Assembly (NCBI GenBank): GCA_963666285.1
Contig: OY762711.1
Length of the DNA: 64,000 nucleotides
From: Sedimentisphaerales bacterium
Lineage (GTDB): Bacteria > Planctomycetota > Phycisphaerae > Sedimentisphaerales > SM23-30
Direction: 5' to 3' (one strand)
Shown: piece by piece, positions 9,720-20,648 of the stretch
How the letters are laid out: each line of letters starts with the position of its first letter
How positions within the stretch are numbered: position 1 is the stretch's first letter
Made by a program: the position numbers and the translations under genes
Notes under the pieces: generated by a model
Told to the model about the DNA's origin: nothing
What the model saw: only the letters and a program-made list of their open reading frames with translations
The model's database searches: none

Positions 9720-11591
9720 TTAGTTATCAGACTGAGGCGCCGGCTGCGGTCCATATTCAATATTCTCGCTGCCTTTTTGGGCTTTTTCCAGCTCAGCTTG
9801 TTGTTTTGCAATATCTTTACTGAGTCTATCATATAGCGAAGGCTGCTCAATTTCAATCCTTTTCATGAGCATATCTCTAACATTCTGACTTACGCTGATA
9901 TAGACTTGAACCAGAGAAAAATATTTAATATCAGCCATTGATGGAAAATCTGTTCTCTTAGTAGGATCCGGATCGTTCTGGAACTCCTTGTAATACAAAT
10001 CATAAATCTGTTGAGCCCATAATAAACGGGCCTGAGCGTTTTCCTCTTCACCAATAGCAAGCTGGCTATAGCTGGCAAAGAGTAAGTTGAAAATATAATT
10101 ACTTGCATATTTAGGAGTTATATCGGTAATCTGCTCTTTCATCAGAGTAGCAACAAATTTATCCAGAGTCACTTTATATTCCGGCTTATCAGGAAAATCC
10201 TCCTGTAAACGCTTATAATAACTCGCAGCAACTTGTGTATAGCCAGTTAAATAAAGACTTTGAATAGCATTTTTTGCCAGATTTTCAGAAGCAACATCAA
10301 CCCCACCCGGCATCTCGTCAGGATCATCTTCATAAGTTTTCAATAAATCCAGGGTCGCCTGGTAGGCAACCGGGAACATTTTCAGATCCTGGCTGTTAAA
10401 CACCTGAAGATTTAACTGCTGCTGCTCAAAGACCTCTCTAGCTTCAGAGCCCTGTTCAAAAGCTTCCGGCGGATTTATATCATACACTTTCAAATTACCG
10501 TTATGATACATGTCCTGCAGGCTTTGATAAACAATTCTCTCCAGCCTATTGACAGTAGCCTGGTTATCTTCCTTATCACGATATTTAAGCCCCTGTTCAG
10601 CCCAGTAAATGGCGTAGGGCCAAGGCATGCGCCAGTCGAGCGCCATTCTTTTATCCTTATCGGTGTAATCAACAGGACCATATTTCATATTCATTTCGTG
10701 CATAACTGCCAGGTCAAGTTTCCATTTTTCCTGCAAAGCTTTGCGACGGCTAAAACGATCTATTGCCCATAATGCCGGATTATCAGCATTATTATTTATA
10801 ATCTGCCAAAGTTCCTGCTCATTATAAACACCATTAGTACTGCGCAGTTTAATTAACGCATTAAAAACATCATCAGGCGTTTTTAACTTATCATCAGCGG
10901 CGATAAGCTTATCCATCAAATCAGAAACAGCCTTATCTTTAGCAAGGATATAATAACTGGCAGGCAAATCAGCCATAGCCTTGATATCTTCCAGAACCGG
11001 ACGGGATTTCAAGTCACCGGTAACCGGAGTTAAAAGCGGAGCGAATTCGGAAACAAGGGTCATCTTATAGTAGCGATGATAGTCATCTGTTATGCCGCCG
11101 ATTTTGTGCTCAAATATCCATGCCAGAGACCAGTGAATCTGTAAGCTGTCAGGATTGTACTTTAACCCCTGATCGCGAAGCAGCTCATACCCTGCCCGGA
11201 CCCATTCCCACCGCTCAGAGCCTGATGGTAATTCAACGGAAATATTATAGGCCATATTCCATCCCTGGAAATCCCAGATACTGGCAAGGTTAGGCTGTAA
11301 ATCACAAATCGCACTGGCAAGATAATACGCATCAAAAAACTGGCCGTCATTTTTGAGATTATCAGCACGAATCCACAGATAATCAATAGCCAGAGACCTG
11401 AACACAAAAAGTGCCGAGGTAGGAATCTTAAGATCCGAGGAAACCTGTTCTCCGCCAAAAGTATCGAGCCGGTCCAGACCGGATTCAAGTCTCTCCTGGT
11501 ACATTCCAGGCAGCATACAAACAGCACCGCCGATAAATACGGCAGCTACTAAGATAAAAACAAGATTTACTAATATATTATTTTTCATCAA
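9720..11591 (-). CDS. Membrane-anchored helical protein of unknown function
   Basis: N-terminal TM; block LWIRADNLK...LQP...WDFQGWNMAYNISVE...RWEWV...GLKYNP resembles planctomycete proteins found next to ABC transporters (from memory). Confidence 0.6.
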   Translation of the reverse strand: MMKNNILVNLVFILVAAVFIGGAVCMLPGMYQERLESGLDRLDTFGGEQVSSDLKIPTSALFVFRSLAIDYLWIRADNLKNDGQFFDAYYLASAICDLQPNLASIWDFQGWNMAYNISVELPSGSERWEWVRAGYELLRDQGLKYNPDSLQIHWSLAWIFEHKIGGITDDYHRYYKMTLVSEFAPLLTPVTGDLKSRPVLEDIKAMADLPASYYILAKDKAVSDLMDKLIAADDKLKTPDDVFNALIKLRSTNGVYNEQELWQIINNNADNPALWAIDRFSRRKALQEKWKLDLAVMHEMNMKYGPVDYTDKDKRMALDWRMPWPYAIYWAEQGLKYRDKEDNQATVNRLERIVYQSLQDMYHNGNLKVYDINPPEAFEQGSEAREVFEQQQLNLQVFNSQDLKMFPVAYQATLDLLKTYEDDPDEMPGGVDVASENLAKNAIQSLYLTGYTQVAASYYKRLQEDFPDKPEYKVTLDKFVATLMKEQITDITPKYASNYIFNLLFASYSQLAIGEEENAQARLLWAQQIYDLYYKEFQNDPDPTKRTDFPSMADIKYFSLVQVYISVSQNVRDMLMKRIEIEQPSLYDRLSKDIAKQQAELEKAQKGSENIEYGPQPAPQSDN

Positions 11592-11672
11592 AACCTCGTG
11601 CCTATTATCACTGGTTATTAACCAGCCAATAATTCACTCAGTAAAATTATCCTATCATCCAGTTCAAAATAA

Positions 11673-13082
11673 TTACACGACAACTCTTGCCAGTTCCTTA
11701 CGCTGGAATAGCAGAAAGCCCAAACCGGTAAGAATGCCGCCTTTGACCAGAATCATATACAACAAACATTTTCCAATCAAATCGTATCCAACCATCCTGC
11801 CCTTTTCCAGCAAAATTGCAGGCTCATAGGCGGCAAGATGCGGAATAGGCATCATTATAAATCGAATAACCTCTCCGACACTTTCATGGGCATCACTGTC
11901 AACAGCGTCAAGAATAAAGGAACTTGCAACACCCAGCAGATAAACTACTAAAACTACCAGAACCGCAACCGGGAAACTCAGGCAACAGGCAAACGCCAAT
12001 GAAAGAATTGTCAGATAAACCAGTCTGAGCAGGATAAGAAACATCCCGCGCAGAATATTTGTCTCAAAAACATCCGCGGTATAAAGCAATTCCAACCCTG
12101 TACCTTCGGTAAAAATAGCCGAACTGCCCATATTTTCAAACGGATTTCGAAAGGCAACATAAAAATCTCCTTCGGGAGATATTAAGCTTGTGCCATTAGC
12201 TTCAACAGGTATATCGATTTCGTGATATTTTCGTATCGTATCATAAGAAGAAAATCGAATAGATCTTTCCTGGGTCGGATCTTTTGGCCCTACCCACCAT
12301 TCTCCATACATTTTCAAAGATTCGGTATTAAAAGACACATCCATCTTATAGCGAAGAAAGACACGATCATCTCCAGGCCTGACTTTTATATCTCTAAACC
12401 TGAAAACTCTAATTCTGCCAGGCGGTACAGTTACAGTATTGGCTTTCAGAGACTTAAGAGCATCATTATACAGTTTTTCGCCAAGCGATTCGACAAACTG
12501 AGGATTATTTTTCAACTCAGGAGTACGCATAAGCTGCTCATTAAGTAACCGTTTGGCATGCTCCCTGGCAATTTCTTCCCGATTTTCAGGCTTTTCCGGA
12601 AATACCCCTTTGCGTGCCGTTAAAACCAATGCGTTAATACGTCCCTTATCATAAGCTATTTCATCAGGAGTACCGCGAACTTCTGTCTTAACCATTACCC
12701 TGGCAGTTCCATATATCAATGTACCGATAATGATTAGAAAACCTATATTAAGAATAGTTACTCCAAGGAACTTTCCGACAAGATAACCAAAACGAGATAC
12801 AGGCTTGGTCGCTATAGTAAAAATTTCCCGGCGTTTAATATCACGAGAAACAGTAGCAATAGAAATAAAGATAGTCACCAGACTCAAGACCGCAGTAATA
12901 AACCTGGTACTATAACTGATAAAAGTCTGAATTTTTTCTTCCGGGCGACCGGTACCACCACTAAGCCACCAGGCAAAGACTACAGTAGCACCTAAAAACA
13001 CCAATAGAAGAAAAAACATGAGCATTCTCATGCGAAATACTTCTTTGATTAATGTCCGAGCTATTGCAAATATACTTTTCAT
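11673..13082 (-). CDS. ABC transporter permease with large extracytoplasmic domain
   Basis: DIKRREIFTIATKPVSR...VGKFLG motif; C-terminal LFQRKEL. Confidence 0.85.
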   Translation of the reverse strand: MKSIFAIARTLIKEVFRMRMLMFFLLLVFLGATVVFAWWLSGGTGRPEEKIQTFISYSTRFITAVLSLVTIFISIATVSRDIKRREIFTIATKPVSRFGYLVGKFLGVTILNIGFLIIIGTLIYGTARVMVKTEVRGTPDEIAYDKGRINALVLTARKGVFPEKPENREEIAREHAKRLLNEQLMRTPELKNNPQFVESLGEKLYNDALKSLKANTVTVPPGRIRVFRFRDIKVRPGDDRVFLRYKMDVSFNTESLKMYGEWWVGPKDPTQERSIRFSSYDTIRKYHEIDIPVEANGTSLISPEGDFYVAFRNPFENMGSSAIFTEGTGLELLYTADVFETNILRGMFLILLRLVYLTILSLAFACCLSFPVAVLVVLVVYLLGVASSFILDAVDSDAHESVGEVIRFIMMPIPHLAAYEPAILLEKGRMVGYDLIGKCLLYMILVKGGILTGLGFLLFQRKELARVVV

Positions 13083-13129
13083 ATTTATTATTCTTAGTAC
13101 TTAATAATCAGTACCTGTTATCCGGCTAA

Positions 13130-14362
13130 TTACTTATCGCCGTCATTTTTATTTTTGTTATTACTACCGAGAAGATTATTAATTATATCAGTATCAACAA
13201 CCTTAGTATCATTTTCAGCCGGTTCTTCAACTGCCTGCTCCTGCTGCTCAATAGCAACGGTCATATCTTCCTTACTTTCACTGGTAAGAGAACTGATAAA
13301 ATCAGCGGCAGCTTTTGGCTCATCCACAGAAGAGACCTCAGCTGTATCAAGCTCAACCCCGGCAGGAGCGATTTTAGCTTTTTCACTTTCCAAAGAAACC
13401 AAGGACTCAATTACAGACTCACCTGCGTCTTCGGACTGGGAACCGAGGAAATCACTGACTTCTCCACCAATCCTGGCACCGGAAGTAGCAACATCTTCAA
13501 GCTGTGCCTTTTCCACAGTCTGGAGGAAATAGTCTTCCATGCGATCACGAGGAGTTTCAAACTTCAAGTCATATTCAGGATGGTGTTTTGCGATGACAGT
13601 TTTTATTTCAGCAATAACATGATCATCAAGTTTTTCACATTCGATGCGAGTTTGCTCAGTGCGAGCAAGCAGCTCGTCCAACTGACCTTCAGCACGAATC
13701 TTCCCGCCGTAGAGGATGCAAATTCGATCGCAAACATCTTCCACATCAGCCATGAGATGGCTACAGAGCAAAATGGTCTTACCACGTTTACCAAGTTCTG
13801 CAATCAGGTCTTTGATCTGCCGAGTTCCAATCGGGTCCATACCGCTGGTAGGCTCATCCAGGATCAACAGATCCGGATCGTTTATCAATGCCTGGGCTAA
13901 ACCTATTCGTCTCTGCATACCCTTGGAAAATTCGCCAACCTGACGCCTGGTAGCACCGCTTAAACCAACCATATCCAGCAGGCTGTCAATACGGTTTTTA
14001 CGCCGATCATTATCAAGACCAAACAAGCGGCCATAGAAGTCAAGTGTTTCACGAGCATTCAAAAACGGATATAAAAATGATTCTTCGGGCAAATAACCAA
14101 TCCTGGCATTAGTTTTTACATCACCGGGAGATTTACCTAATACCCGGGCCCATCCCCGTGAAGGGTTTAGCAGTCCCAGCAGCATCTTAATAGTAGTACT
14201 CTTACCGGAACCATTAGGGCCAAGAAGTCCAAAAACTTCCTTGGGCCTTATCTCCAGATCAAGTTTATCAACTGCAATAACTCGCTGTCGGCCCCAAAAA
14301 TCTCTGAATATTTTTGTAAGTCCAACAGTGCTTATAACCGAACTATTATCTAATTTAGCCAT
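13130..14362 (-). CDS. ABC transporter ATP-binding protein with acidic C-terminal extension
   Basis: Walker A GPNGSGKS, signature FSKGM, Walker B LILDEP, H-loop SH. Confidence 0.93.
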   Translation of the reverse strand: MAKLDNSSVISTVGLTKIFRDFWGRQRVIAVDKLDLEIRPKEVFGLLGPNGSGKSTTIKMLLGLLNPSRGWARVLGKSPGDVKTNARIGYLPEESFLYPFLNARETLDFYGRLFGLDNDRRKNRIDSLLDMVGLSGATRRQVGEFSKGMQRRIGLAQALINDPDLLILDEPTSGMDPIGTRQIKDLIAELGKRGKTILLCSHLMADVEDVCDRICILYGGKIRAEGQLDELLARTEQTRIECEKLDDHVIAEIKTVIAKHHPEYDLKFETPRDRMEDYFLQTVEKAQLEDVATSGARIGGEVSDFLGSQSEDAGESVIESLVSLESEKAKIAPAGVELDTAEVSSVDEPKAAADFISSLTSESKEDMTVAIEQQEQAVEEPAENDTKVVDTDIINNLLGSNNKNKNDGDK

Positions 14363-14390
14363 AGTATTCTCTCAAAAGCTTGATAAGCTA

Positions 14391-16322
14391 TTAATGATGA
14401 TGCATCTCCTCACCAAATCTAACCAGCCGAGCACTATTAAATACAATAACCAGTGAACTGCCTAAATGTAAAAGAGCTGCAAAAATCGGAGGTATTTTGC
14501 CCTGGCCGCTAAGTATCAGTCCAAAAATGATAAACAACATACCAAATGCCAGATTCTGAAATACAACCTGGCGGGTGATACGACTAAGTTTAACTAAAAA
14601 CGGAAGGCGATCGAGTTCGCTGTTCATCAATGCAATTGAAGCACTATGAATAGCAACATCACTACCGGCAGCACCCATAGCGACACCAAGGTCACCGGCG
14701 GCCAAAGCAGGGGCATCATTTACACCGTCACCAACAACGGCAACTCGGTGACCTTCATTCTGGAGCTGATTAACCAGTTGAAGTTTTTCATGAGGCAGAC
14801 ATTCAGCTTTGACTTCGCTACATCCCATCTCAGCTGCTACACGTTTTGCCACAGCAAGTTTATCACCAGTTACCATTACCAGGCGTTTGATACCAAGCTC
14901 AGCCAGATCTTCCATAGCCTGTCGAGCTTCGCTCCTGGTACGGTCTTCCATGCCAACCCAGCCGACAAATTTGCCATCACGAGCAATGTAAAGCAAACTG
15001 ATACCTTCAGGCGGAGCATTGTCACCATCAAGACCACTTACCTCAACACCTTCATCCTTGAGCCAGGTGTCGCGGCCAACCAAGACCTTGGAACCGTTTA
15101 TGGTACCGATTACACCTTTACCGGCGACTTCCTCAAAACCTTCAACATCATGCAGTTTCAAGTTTGCCTTTCGGGAAACTTCTATAATAGCCCGGGCAAC
15201 CGGATGTTTACTAAACTTTTCAACAGAAGCAGTTAGAGTAAGCATTTCTGTCGGATCAATATCACCAATAGGTGTAAGGCGGGTAACAGCAAGTTGTCCT
15301 GTTGTAAGAGTACCGGTTTTATCAAATACCATAGAAGTCAGGCGTCCTGCACCTTCCAGATCAGATACGTTCTTGATAAGCACGCCAAGACGTGCGGCAC
15401 AACTTAACGAGGCAACCATAGCAGTCGGCGTTGCAAGAATAATCGCACAAGGACAGGCGATAATCAAAGCCGAAATAGCAAAGTTAATTTCCTTGGTGAA
15501 CACAAAAATCAATAAAGCAATCATAAGAATAGTTGGTGTGTACCACCTGGCATACCTGTCGATAATTCTCATGATAGGTATTTTTGTACTTTCTGCATCC
15601 AGGATTAAAGACTGTACCTTACCGAGAGTTGTGTCACTACCGGCAGAGACAACCTTGATATCCATCATGCCGGTTACATTACTGGTACCGGCAAAGACAG
15701 TATCACCGATCATCTTATCAACCGGGAGAGATTCACCGGTAATATTTGCCTGATCAACCGTTGACTGCCCGCTGACAACGTCACCATCAGCAGGAATATT
15801 GTCACCAGGTCGAACCCGAATAATCTGGCCCGGCTGAAGCTGCGATGCCTCCACTTCTGTTTCTTCACCACCAGCAGAGAGTAGATGAGCCTTAGTCGGA
15901 GTAATTTTTATCAGGGACTCAATTGAAGCTCGAGCGCCAAGAGCGGTCCTGGTTTCAACCAGTTCAGCCAGCAGCATAAAAAATGCAACAGAGCCGGCCA
16001 CCTCGTAACTACCAACGGCAAAGGACGCGATAATGGCAAGTGCCACAAGCTCATCCATATGGTTATGTCCTGCGAGCAGACATTTGGTAGCATTCCATAC
16101 AACCGGGATACCCAGCATAAGGGCACCGGCCATACTTAGCAGCTGAGCAATATCGCCACCATCATTAAACAAACGCTCAGCTATTATTCCATTGAGCAAT
16201 AAAGCACCGCCAAGCATTGTACCAAGCAGACTAAGGCTAACCTTGAAGGTTTTCGCCTCGACATCGCCTGAACTGAATGCCTTTTCAACTTCACTTAGAT
16301 TATGAACACTATGTCCTGCCAT
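14391..16322 (-). CDS. Heavy-metal P1B-type ATPase, no N-terminal metal-binding domain
   Basis: ITGES, CPC, DKTGT, HP, GDGVNDAPALA. Confidence 0.93.
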   Translation of the reverse strand: MAGHSVHNLSEVEKAFSSGDVEAKTFKVSLSLLGTMLGGALLLNGIIAERLFNDGGDIAQLLSMAGALMLGIPVVWNATKCLLAGHNHMDELVALAIIASFAVGSYEVAGSVAFFMLLAELVETRTALGARASIESLIKITPTKAHLLSAGGEETEVEASQLQPGQIIRVRPGDNIPADGDVVSGQSTVDQANITGESLPVDKMIGDTVFAGTSNVTGMMDIKVVSAGSDTTLGKVQSLILDAESTKIPIMRIIDRYARWYTPTILMIALLIFVFTKEINFAISALIIACPCAIILATPTAMVASLSCAARLGVLIKNVSDLEGAGRLTSMVFDKTGTLTTGQLAVTRLTPIGDIDPTEMLTLTASVEKFSKHPVARAIIEVSRKANLKLHDVEGFEEVAGKGVIGTINGSKVLVGRDTWLKDEGVEVSGLDGDNAPPEGISLLYIARDGKFVGWVGMEDRTRSEARQAMEDLAELGIKRLVMVTGDKLAVAKRVAAEMGCSEVKAECLPHEKLQLVNQLQNEGHRVAVVGDGVNDAPALAAGDLGVAMGAAGSDVAIHSASIALMNSELDRLPFLVKLSRITRQVVFQNLAFGMLFIIFGLILSGQGKIPPIFAALLHLGSSLVIVFNSARLVRFGEEMHHH

Positions 16323-16394
16323 ATTATTCGCCTTTTTATTGATTCATGTTGTATCAGCGGGTATTGCTACCTGCAACTGACAGCAGACTAAATT

Positions 16395-17633
16395 TTATTT
16401 TTCAGTTTTCTTAATTGATGGATCTCTATTAATAAAGATACGCCATTGATCAGGTTTGTCGCCTGATGTTGTAGGAGCATATGCCTGGTCAACATTTGCC
16501 ATGACAACTCTAACTGTTTCCTGGTATAACTGGTCAACAGTAATAGCCATCAGGTCATTATAAACTTTTTTATATTCACCCTTGCCGGACTGAGCAGCTT
16601 CTTTGGCAGCCTTATCAATTTTGGCAAGTACTTCAGTAAGATAATCAGCATCCGCCCTGGCAGACTGAACAACCGTATCAGCATAAGCCCGTGCCTGAGC
16701 CAGAATATTAGCAGCGTCAGCAGTAGCCTGATTCATTATCTCTTCAGATTTACCTTTCGCCTCATTTTTGAGCTTTTCGGCCTGCTGTTCAGCACTGTTA
16801 GCGGCATCAAAAGCAGTTTTGACCTGCTGCGGAGTTTCCTTACCAACAAGCTGGAGTTCAACTTCAATGCCATAGTCAAAGCGGCTAAGTCTTTCTTTCA
16901 TATAGTCCTGAACTTCAAGTTTAAACTTTTCACTACTTCCCCAGATGATATCTTCGATATCATAATGCGCACTAACAGTGATTACAGAGTCAGCCAGCAC
17001 AGTCCTGAGAATAGTCGTCAGTTTTTTCCAGTCAGGGGTACCATCCCATACCTTTTCAAATACTTTTAGTTCTCCACCCTCGATAACATTCCACGTTATA
17101 GTCCAGTTTGTATGACAGAGATTATAATCAACCATCTGGTCAGTTTCTGACTTATCGCCTTTGAGGGCGCTGGCAGACGCTGTAAGCGAATAGCCGTCTT
17201 TGATGAACTGGATATTTTGCGGCGGGTAGTAATTATCCTTTAACCGCTGCTCATCAGTAACATAATACCACATAGCAGGCTTATCAATGCCATCTACCCG
17301 ATCGACCATAATTTTATGATCAACATCTACCGGTATGCGAACGATTTCTTCAATCGGGCTGGGCCATTTCCAATGCCAACCGGTCCGGAGCAGTCCGCCT
17401 TCCTTAACTCTGCCAAACAGCAGTTCAATACCAACTTCATTGGCTTCGATAGTATAGAACCCACTATAAATGAAACCGGCCAGAACCAGAATCATTATTA
17501 ACTTTAGCAGCATAAAGCTGAACTTCAGGGCATCAGACAGTGCCTGACTACCCGGATCCAGCGGCTCAATATCAGGATTATGATTATCTGAATTGCAGCT
17601 GCACTGGCCATGAATGTGATGATGGTCACTCAT
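16395..17633 (-). CDS. SPFH/HflK-like protein with His/Cys-rich N-terminus
   Basis: One TM, GWHWKWPSPIE, Ala/Glu coiled coil; N-terminus MSDHHHIHGQCSC. Confidence 0.8.
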   Translation of the reverse strand: MSDHHHIHGQCSCNSDNHNPDIEPLDPGSQALSDALKFSFMLLKLIMILVLAGFIYSGFYTIEANEVGIELLFGRVKEGGLLRTGWHWKWPSPIEEIVRIPVDVDHKIMVDRVDGIDKPAMWYYVTDEQRLKDNYYPPQNIQFIKDGYSLTASASALKGDKSETDQMVDYNLCHTNWTITWNVIEGGELKVFEKVWDGTPDWKKLTTILRTVLADSVITVSAHYDIEDIIWGSSEKFKLEVQDYMKERLSRFDYGIEVELQLVGKETPQQVKTAFDAANSAEQQAEKLKNEAKGKSEEIMNQATADAANILAQARAYADTVVQSARADADYLTEVLAKIDKAAKEAAQSGKGEYKKVYNDLMAITVDQLYQETVRVVMANVDQAYAPTTSGDKPDQWRIFINRDPSIKKTEK

Positions 17634-17657
17634 ATATCAAACCTTATAAAATATCTT

Positions 17658-18584
17658 CTAGTCTTGTGTTATAGTTTTAATTGTAGATTCCGGTCCTTCA
17701 ATCATTAACTGATAAGGCGGAGTATTTTTATCAAGAATAACCGTCGTTCGTTCGTTCAATGTTTTACGTAATGTTTCCAGGCGACGCAGGAAGTTTGCCA
17801 GTTCCTGATTCTGCAGAAATGCCGAATAGTATTCAGCGGCACGAGCATCACCTTCACCGCGAATCTTTTTGGCTTCAGCTTCGGCTTTTGCTTTAATAAT
17901 AGTAGCCTGACTTTCGGCATCACCCTTTAAGGTCTTGGCGTATTTTTCACCTTGACTCATCAGTTCGGTCACTACCGCATTACGATCGGCAATCATACGT
18001 TCAAATACAGATTGGGTAACATTGTCAGGTACGCCTAAACGACTGATACCGACATCGACAATCTCGACACCATAATTATCACTCTGCATGGCTTCCTGAA
18101 CTCGAGAGAACATATTTTTTTCCAGGTCATCCAGACGGAACTTGCTGTGATCCAGAGTTATAAGTTCTCCGAAATTATATTCGGCGAAAAGGTTGTATGT
18201 CCGATCTTTCCAGATTTCCTGTAATTTCTCTTCGGCATTATAAACCACATCAGAATTACCCGTGCGATATTTATTATAAAAAGATTTCGGGTCGGAAATA
18301 CGCCAGTTAACATATACAGAAGCAATAACGCTTTGTTTGTCAAGAGTCTGGGTCTGATAGTTAGGCATAGCAAGAGTTCGTACCCGGCTGTCAAATTTGA
18401 CAACCTTATTAATAGGAGCCGGCCATTTGAATTTCAGGCCCGGTTCTTTGACAACATCCTGGATTTTACCAAATTTCAGCAACAGCGCCTTTTCCTGGTA
18501 ATTAACGGTATAGGTAACCGCGTAGATTAATAAGATCGCAACAATAATCATTGCTAATAGTACAATACCCAAATGTTTTTTCAC
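17658..18584 (-). CDS. hflC: HflC-like SPFH protein
   Basis: FGK...EPGLKFKWP...FDSR, WRISDP, VFERMIADR, IRGEGDA; GTG start with GGAG. Confidence 0.82.
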   Translation of the reverse strand: MKKHLGIVLLAMIIVAILLIYAVTYTVNYQEKALLLKFGKIQDVVKEPGLKFKWPAPINKVVKFDSRVRTLAMPNYQTQTLDKQSVIASVYVNWRISDPKSFYNKYRTGNSDVVYNAEEKLQEIWKDRTYNLFAEYNFGELITLDHSKFRLDDLEKNMFSRVQEAMQSDNYGVEIVDVGISRLGVPDNVTQSVFERMIADRNAVVTELMSQGEKYAKTLKGDAESQATIIKAKAEAEAKKIRGEGDARAAEYYSAFLQNQELANFLRRLETLRKTLNERTTVILDKNTPPYQLMIEGPESTIKTITQD

Positions 18585-18647
18585 GATTGTATCTCCTGTT
18601 ATATTACAAGGTAGTAAACCAGCTATTATCCGGTAGTATAATTACAA

Positions 18648-20618
18648 CTAATTCTGCCCTTCGGCATTTTCCTGTTTATTTTCAAGGCCCAACCCTTCAA
18701 AGAGGTCGGGTTTGAGGTTTTCCTTCAAGTCGAACTCATATACCCAATCATCAACATTATCAGAAGCAATAAGGTATTTTCTCATTTTCGCCATATATTC
18801 ATCCTGGACAGCGAGATATTCACGCCAGAGGTAGACACTTTCTCCTTTTTCGAAAGCTTCAACCTGCTTTGCAAAACGCTCGGCATCAGCGTGAGCGAGC
18901 TGTTCGCGTTCATCCTTATAGGCATCAGCCATGGCAAGGTTGACCGCCGCATCAGCTTCAGCATCATAAACCGCTTTATGGGTTTGGCCCTGGGCCTGTA
19001 AAATTTTGGTCTGTTTTTGCTGCAGAGCAGAAATAACCTTTTCGAAAGCCTCTGCCACTTTTATCGGCGGATGAACAGATTTTATGCCTACATAATCGAC
19101 ACTAACACCAACATCACACTTGGCAAAGCTTTCAACAATTTCAGCCTTTAGCATCTGTGCAGTTTCATACCGGCCCGGCCCGAGCAGCTGTTCGATATCG
19201 TTTTGACTGCAATAATGGAAAACAGTTCTTTCGCAAAGCTTCCGAATCACATCTCCCGGATTTATAAAACTACCCTCTTTATAGGCGAATTTTTCAACAT
19301 TTGATATTCTATATTGAACATCAACCGCAAAAACAAGCTTATCGAACAGATTATTAACGGCACCTTCGCTATCGGCTTCTATCCCGGCTTTTTTAGCCGG
19401 AACCAGAAACGGATATTCAGCTTTCCAATGTTCCTTAGTCCATAAAACCGGAGTAGTATCATGAACAGCATTTCCTAATATATCAAATTGAGGATCATTT
19501 TTTTCATATCCAATGCTTATGCTCTGAACCTGTTCAACAGGGAACATTCTGACGGTATCAATCGGATATGGAAACTTGACATGTAATCCAGATTCCCAAG
19601 GATCACTAAGGTTAGTAGGTGCTCCCCAACGTTCGCAAACTCCCTGATAACCAGTCGGCACAATAGCAAAACAAGTCATAAGATATAGAACTGCTGCCTG
19701 GATAAGAACCAGCATAACGATGTATTTTTCGAGAAGGCGGTAAAACCAGGTTTCAGAAACCTTAAAGCCAAACTGATAATCCAAAGCATGAGAAGCGGTA
19801 CGGAACAAACCGCCAGGTTCGCTAAACAAACCTAGCAGGCGAGATTCAAAGGCAGCACGCTGATACTGGCCTTTGATACGAGGTCTGAAAAAGTCCATCG
19901 TAACATTCAGGGCATATTCAATACCAAGCACAAACATTATTATTACCAGAACTTTTCCCGCAATAATAAGCGGCTTGTAATATCCGAATGATGTCGCTGT
20001 TAGGGTGGCAGCAACAGCCAGGGCCACCAAGGTACATCCTATCAGAAACCCGCCACCGGCACGCAGAGGCCTCCATTCATCCTGGCGACTCATCCCCACT
20101 GTATAGCAAGCAAATAAGAAGCTGACAATGCTCATACCGGCAAAAACGACAATTGTTTTGCCTAGAGCCATGCCTTTAACAAGAGGCATATCACCTGCAA
20201 CAGTAATTGTAATATCTTTCACAATTGCCCATTGCCAGAGACTAATCCCAATCATATATACCGTAACAATAGCAGCGGCAATCGGCAGCAGCCATCTCTC
20301 GATCCAATCGAGACGTTTCTGCTGGATCATCATTTCTTTTTCGATATCACCTTCAAAAACAGAGGCTCCGCGTCCTTCCTTTTTGAGTCGCTGATATTCC
20401 CTGGCTTCAAATTTTTCTTCTTCTGCCAAACGTCGCTGACGGAACTGGATAATCAGAACGGCCCAAATAGGAATCCCGCCAAGATATAGCCATCCAACAA
20501 CGCCTGCTGCCCTGCTTCCACTGAATTTGTCAAAAAACAAGGCTAATAAAAAGAAAATCAGGTGCAAGATTAATGCTACAATTGAAAGATTTTCTGCTCT
20601 TTTAGGTGATAACTTCAT
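18648..20618 (-). CDS. Multi-pass membrane protein with C-terminal SPFH/HflK-like domain
   Basis: Several TMs, then ERWG...GLHVKFPYPID, VQYRI, SVHPPIKVAEAFEKV. Confidence 0.8.
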   Translation of the reverse strand: MKLSPKRAENLSIVALILHLIFFLLALFFDKFSGSRAAGVVGWLYLGGIPIWAVLIIQFRQRRLAEEEKFEAREYQRLKKEGRGASVFEGDIEKEMMIQQKRLDWIERWLLPIAAAIVTVYMIGISLWQWAIVKDITITVAGDMPLVKGMALGKTIVVFAGMSIVSFLFACYTVGMSRQDEWRPLRAGGGFLIGCTLVALAVAATLTATSFGYYKPLIIAGKVLVIIMFVLGIEYALNVTMDFFRPRIKGQYQRAAFESRLLGLFSEPGGLFRTASHALDYQFGFKVSETWFYRLLEKYIVMLVLIQAAVLYLMTCFAIVPTGYQGVCERWGAPTNLSDPWESGLHVKFPYPIDTVRMFPVEQVQSISIGYEKNDPQFDILGNAVHDTTPVLWTKEHWKAEYPFLVPAKKAGIEADSEGAVNNLFDKLVFAVDVQYRISNVEKFAYKEGSFINPGDVIRKLCERTVFHYCSQNDIEQLLGPGRYETAQMLKAEIVESFAKCDVGVSVDYVGIKSVHPPIKVAEAFEKVISALQQKQTKILQAQGQTHKAVYDAEADAAVNLAMADAYKDEREQLAHADAERFAKQVEAFEKGESVYLWREYLAVQDEYMAKMRKYLIASDNVDDWVYEFDLKENLKPDLFEGLGLENKQENAEGQN

Positions 20619-20648
20619 TCGTCAACCTTACATGTAAAAATTAACTTA

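Noticed and set aside
14646..15753. Long antisense ORFs within the P-type ATPase (likewise within smc and others)
   Set aside because: Shadow frames opposite well-supported genes, with no motifs.
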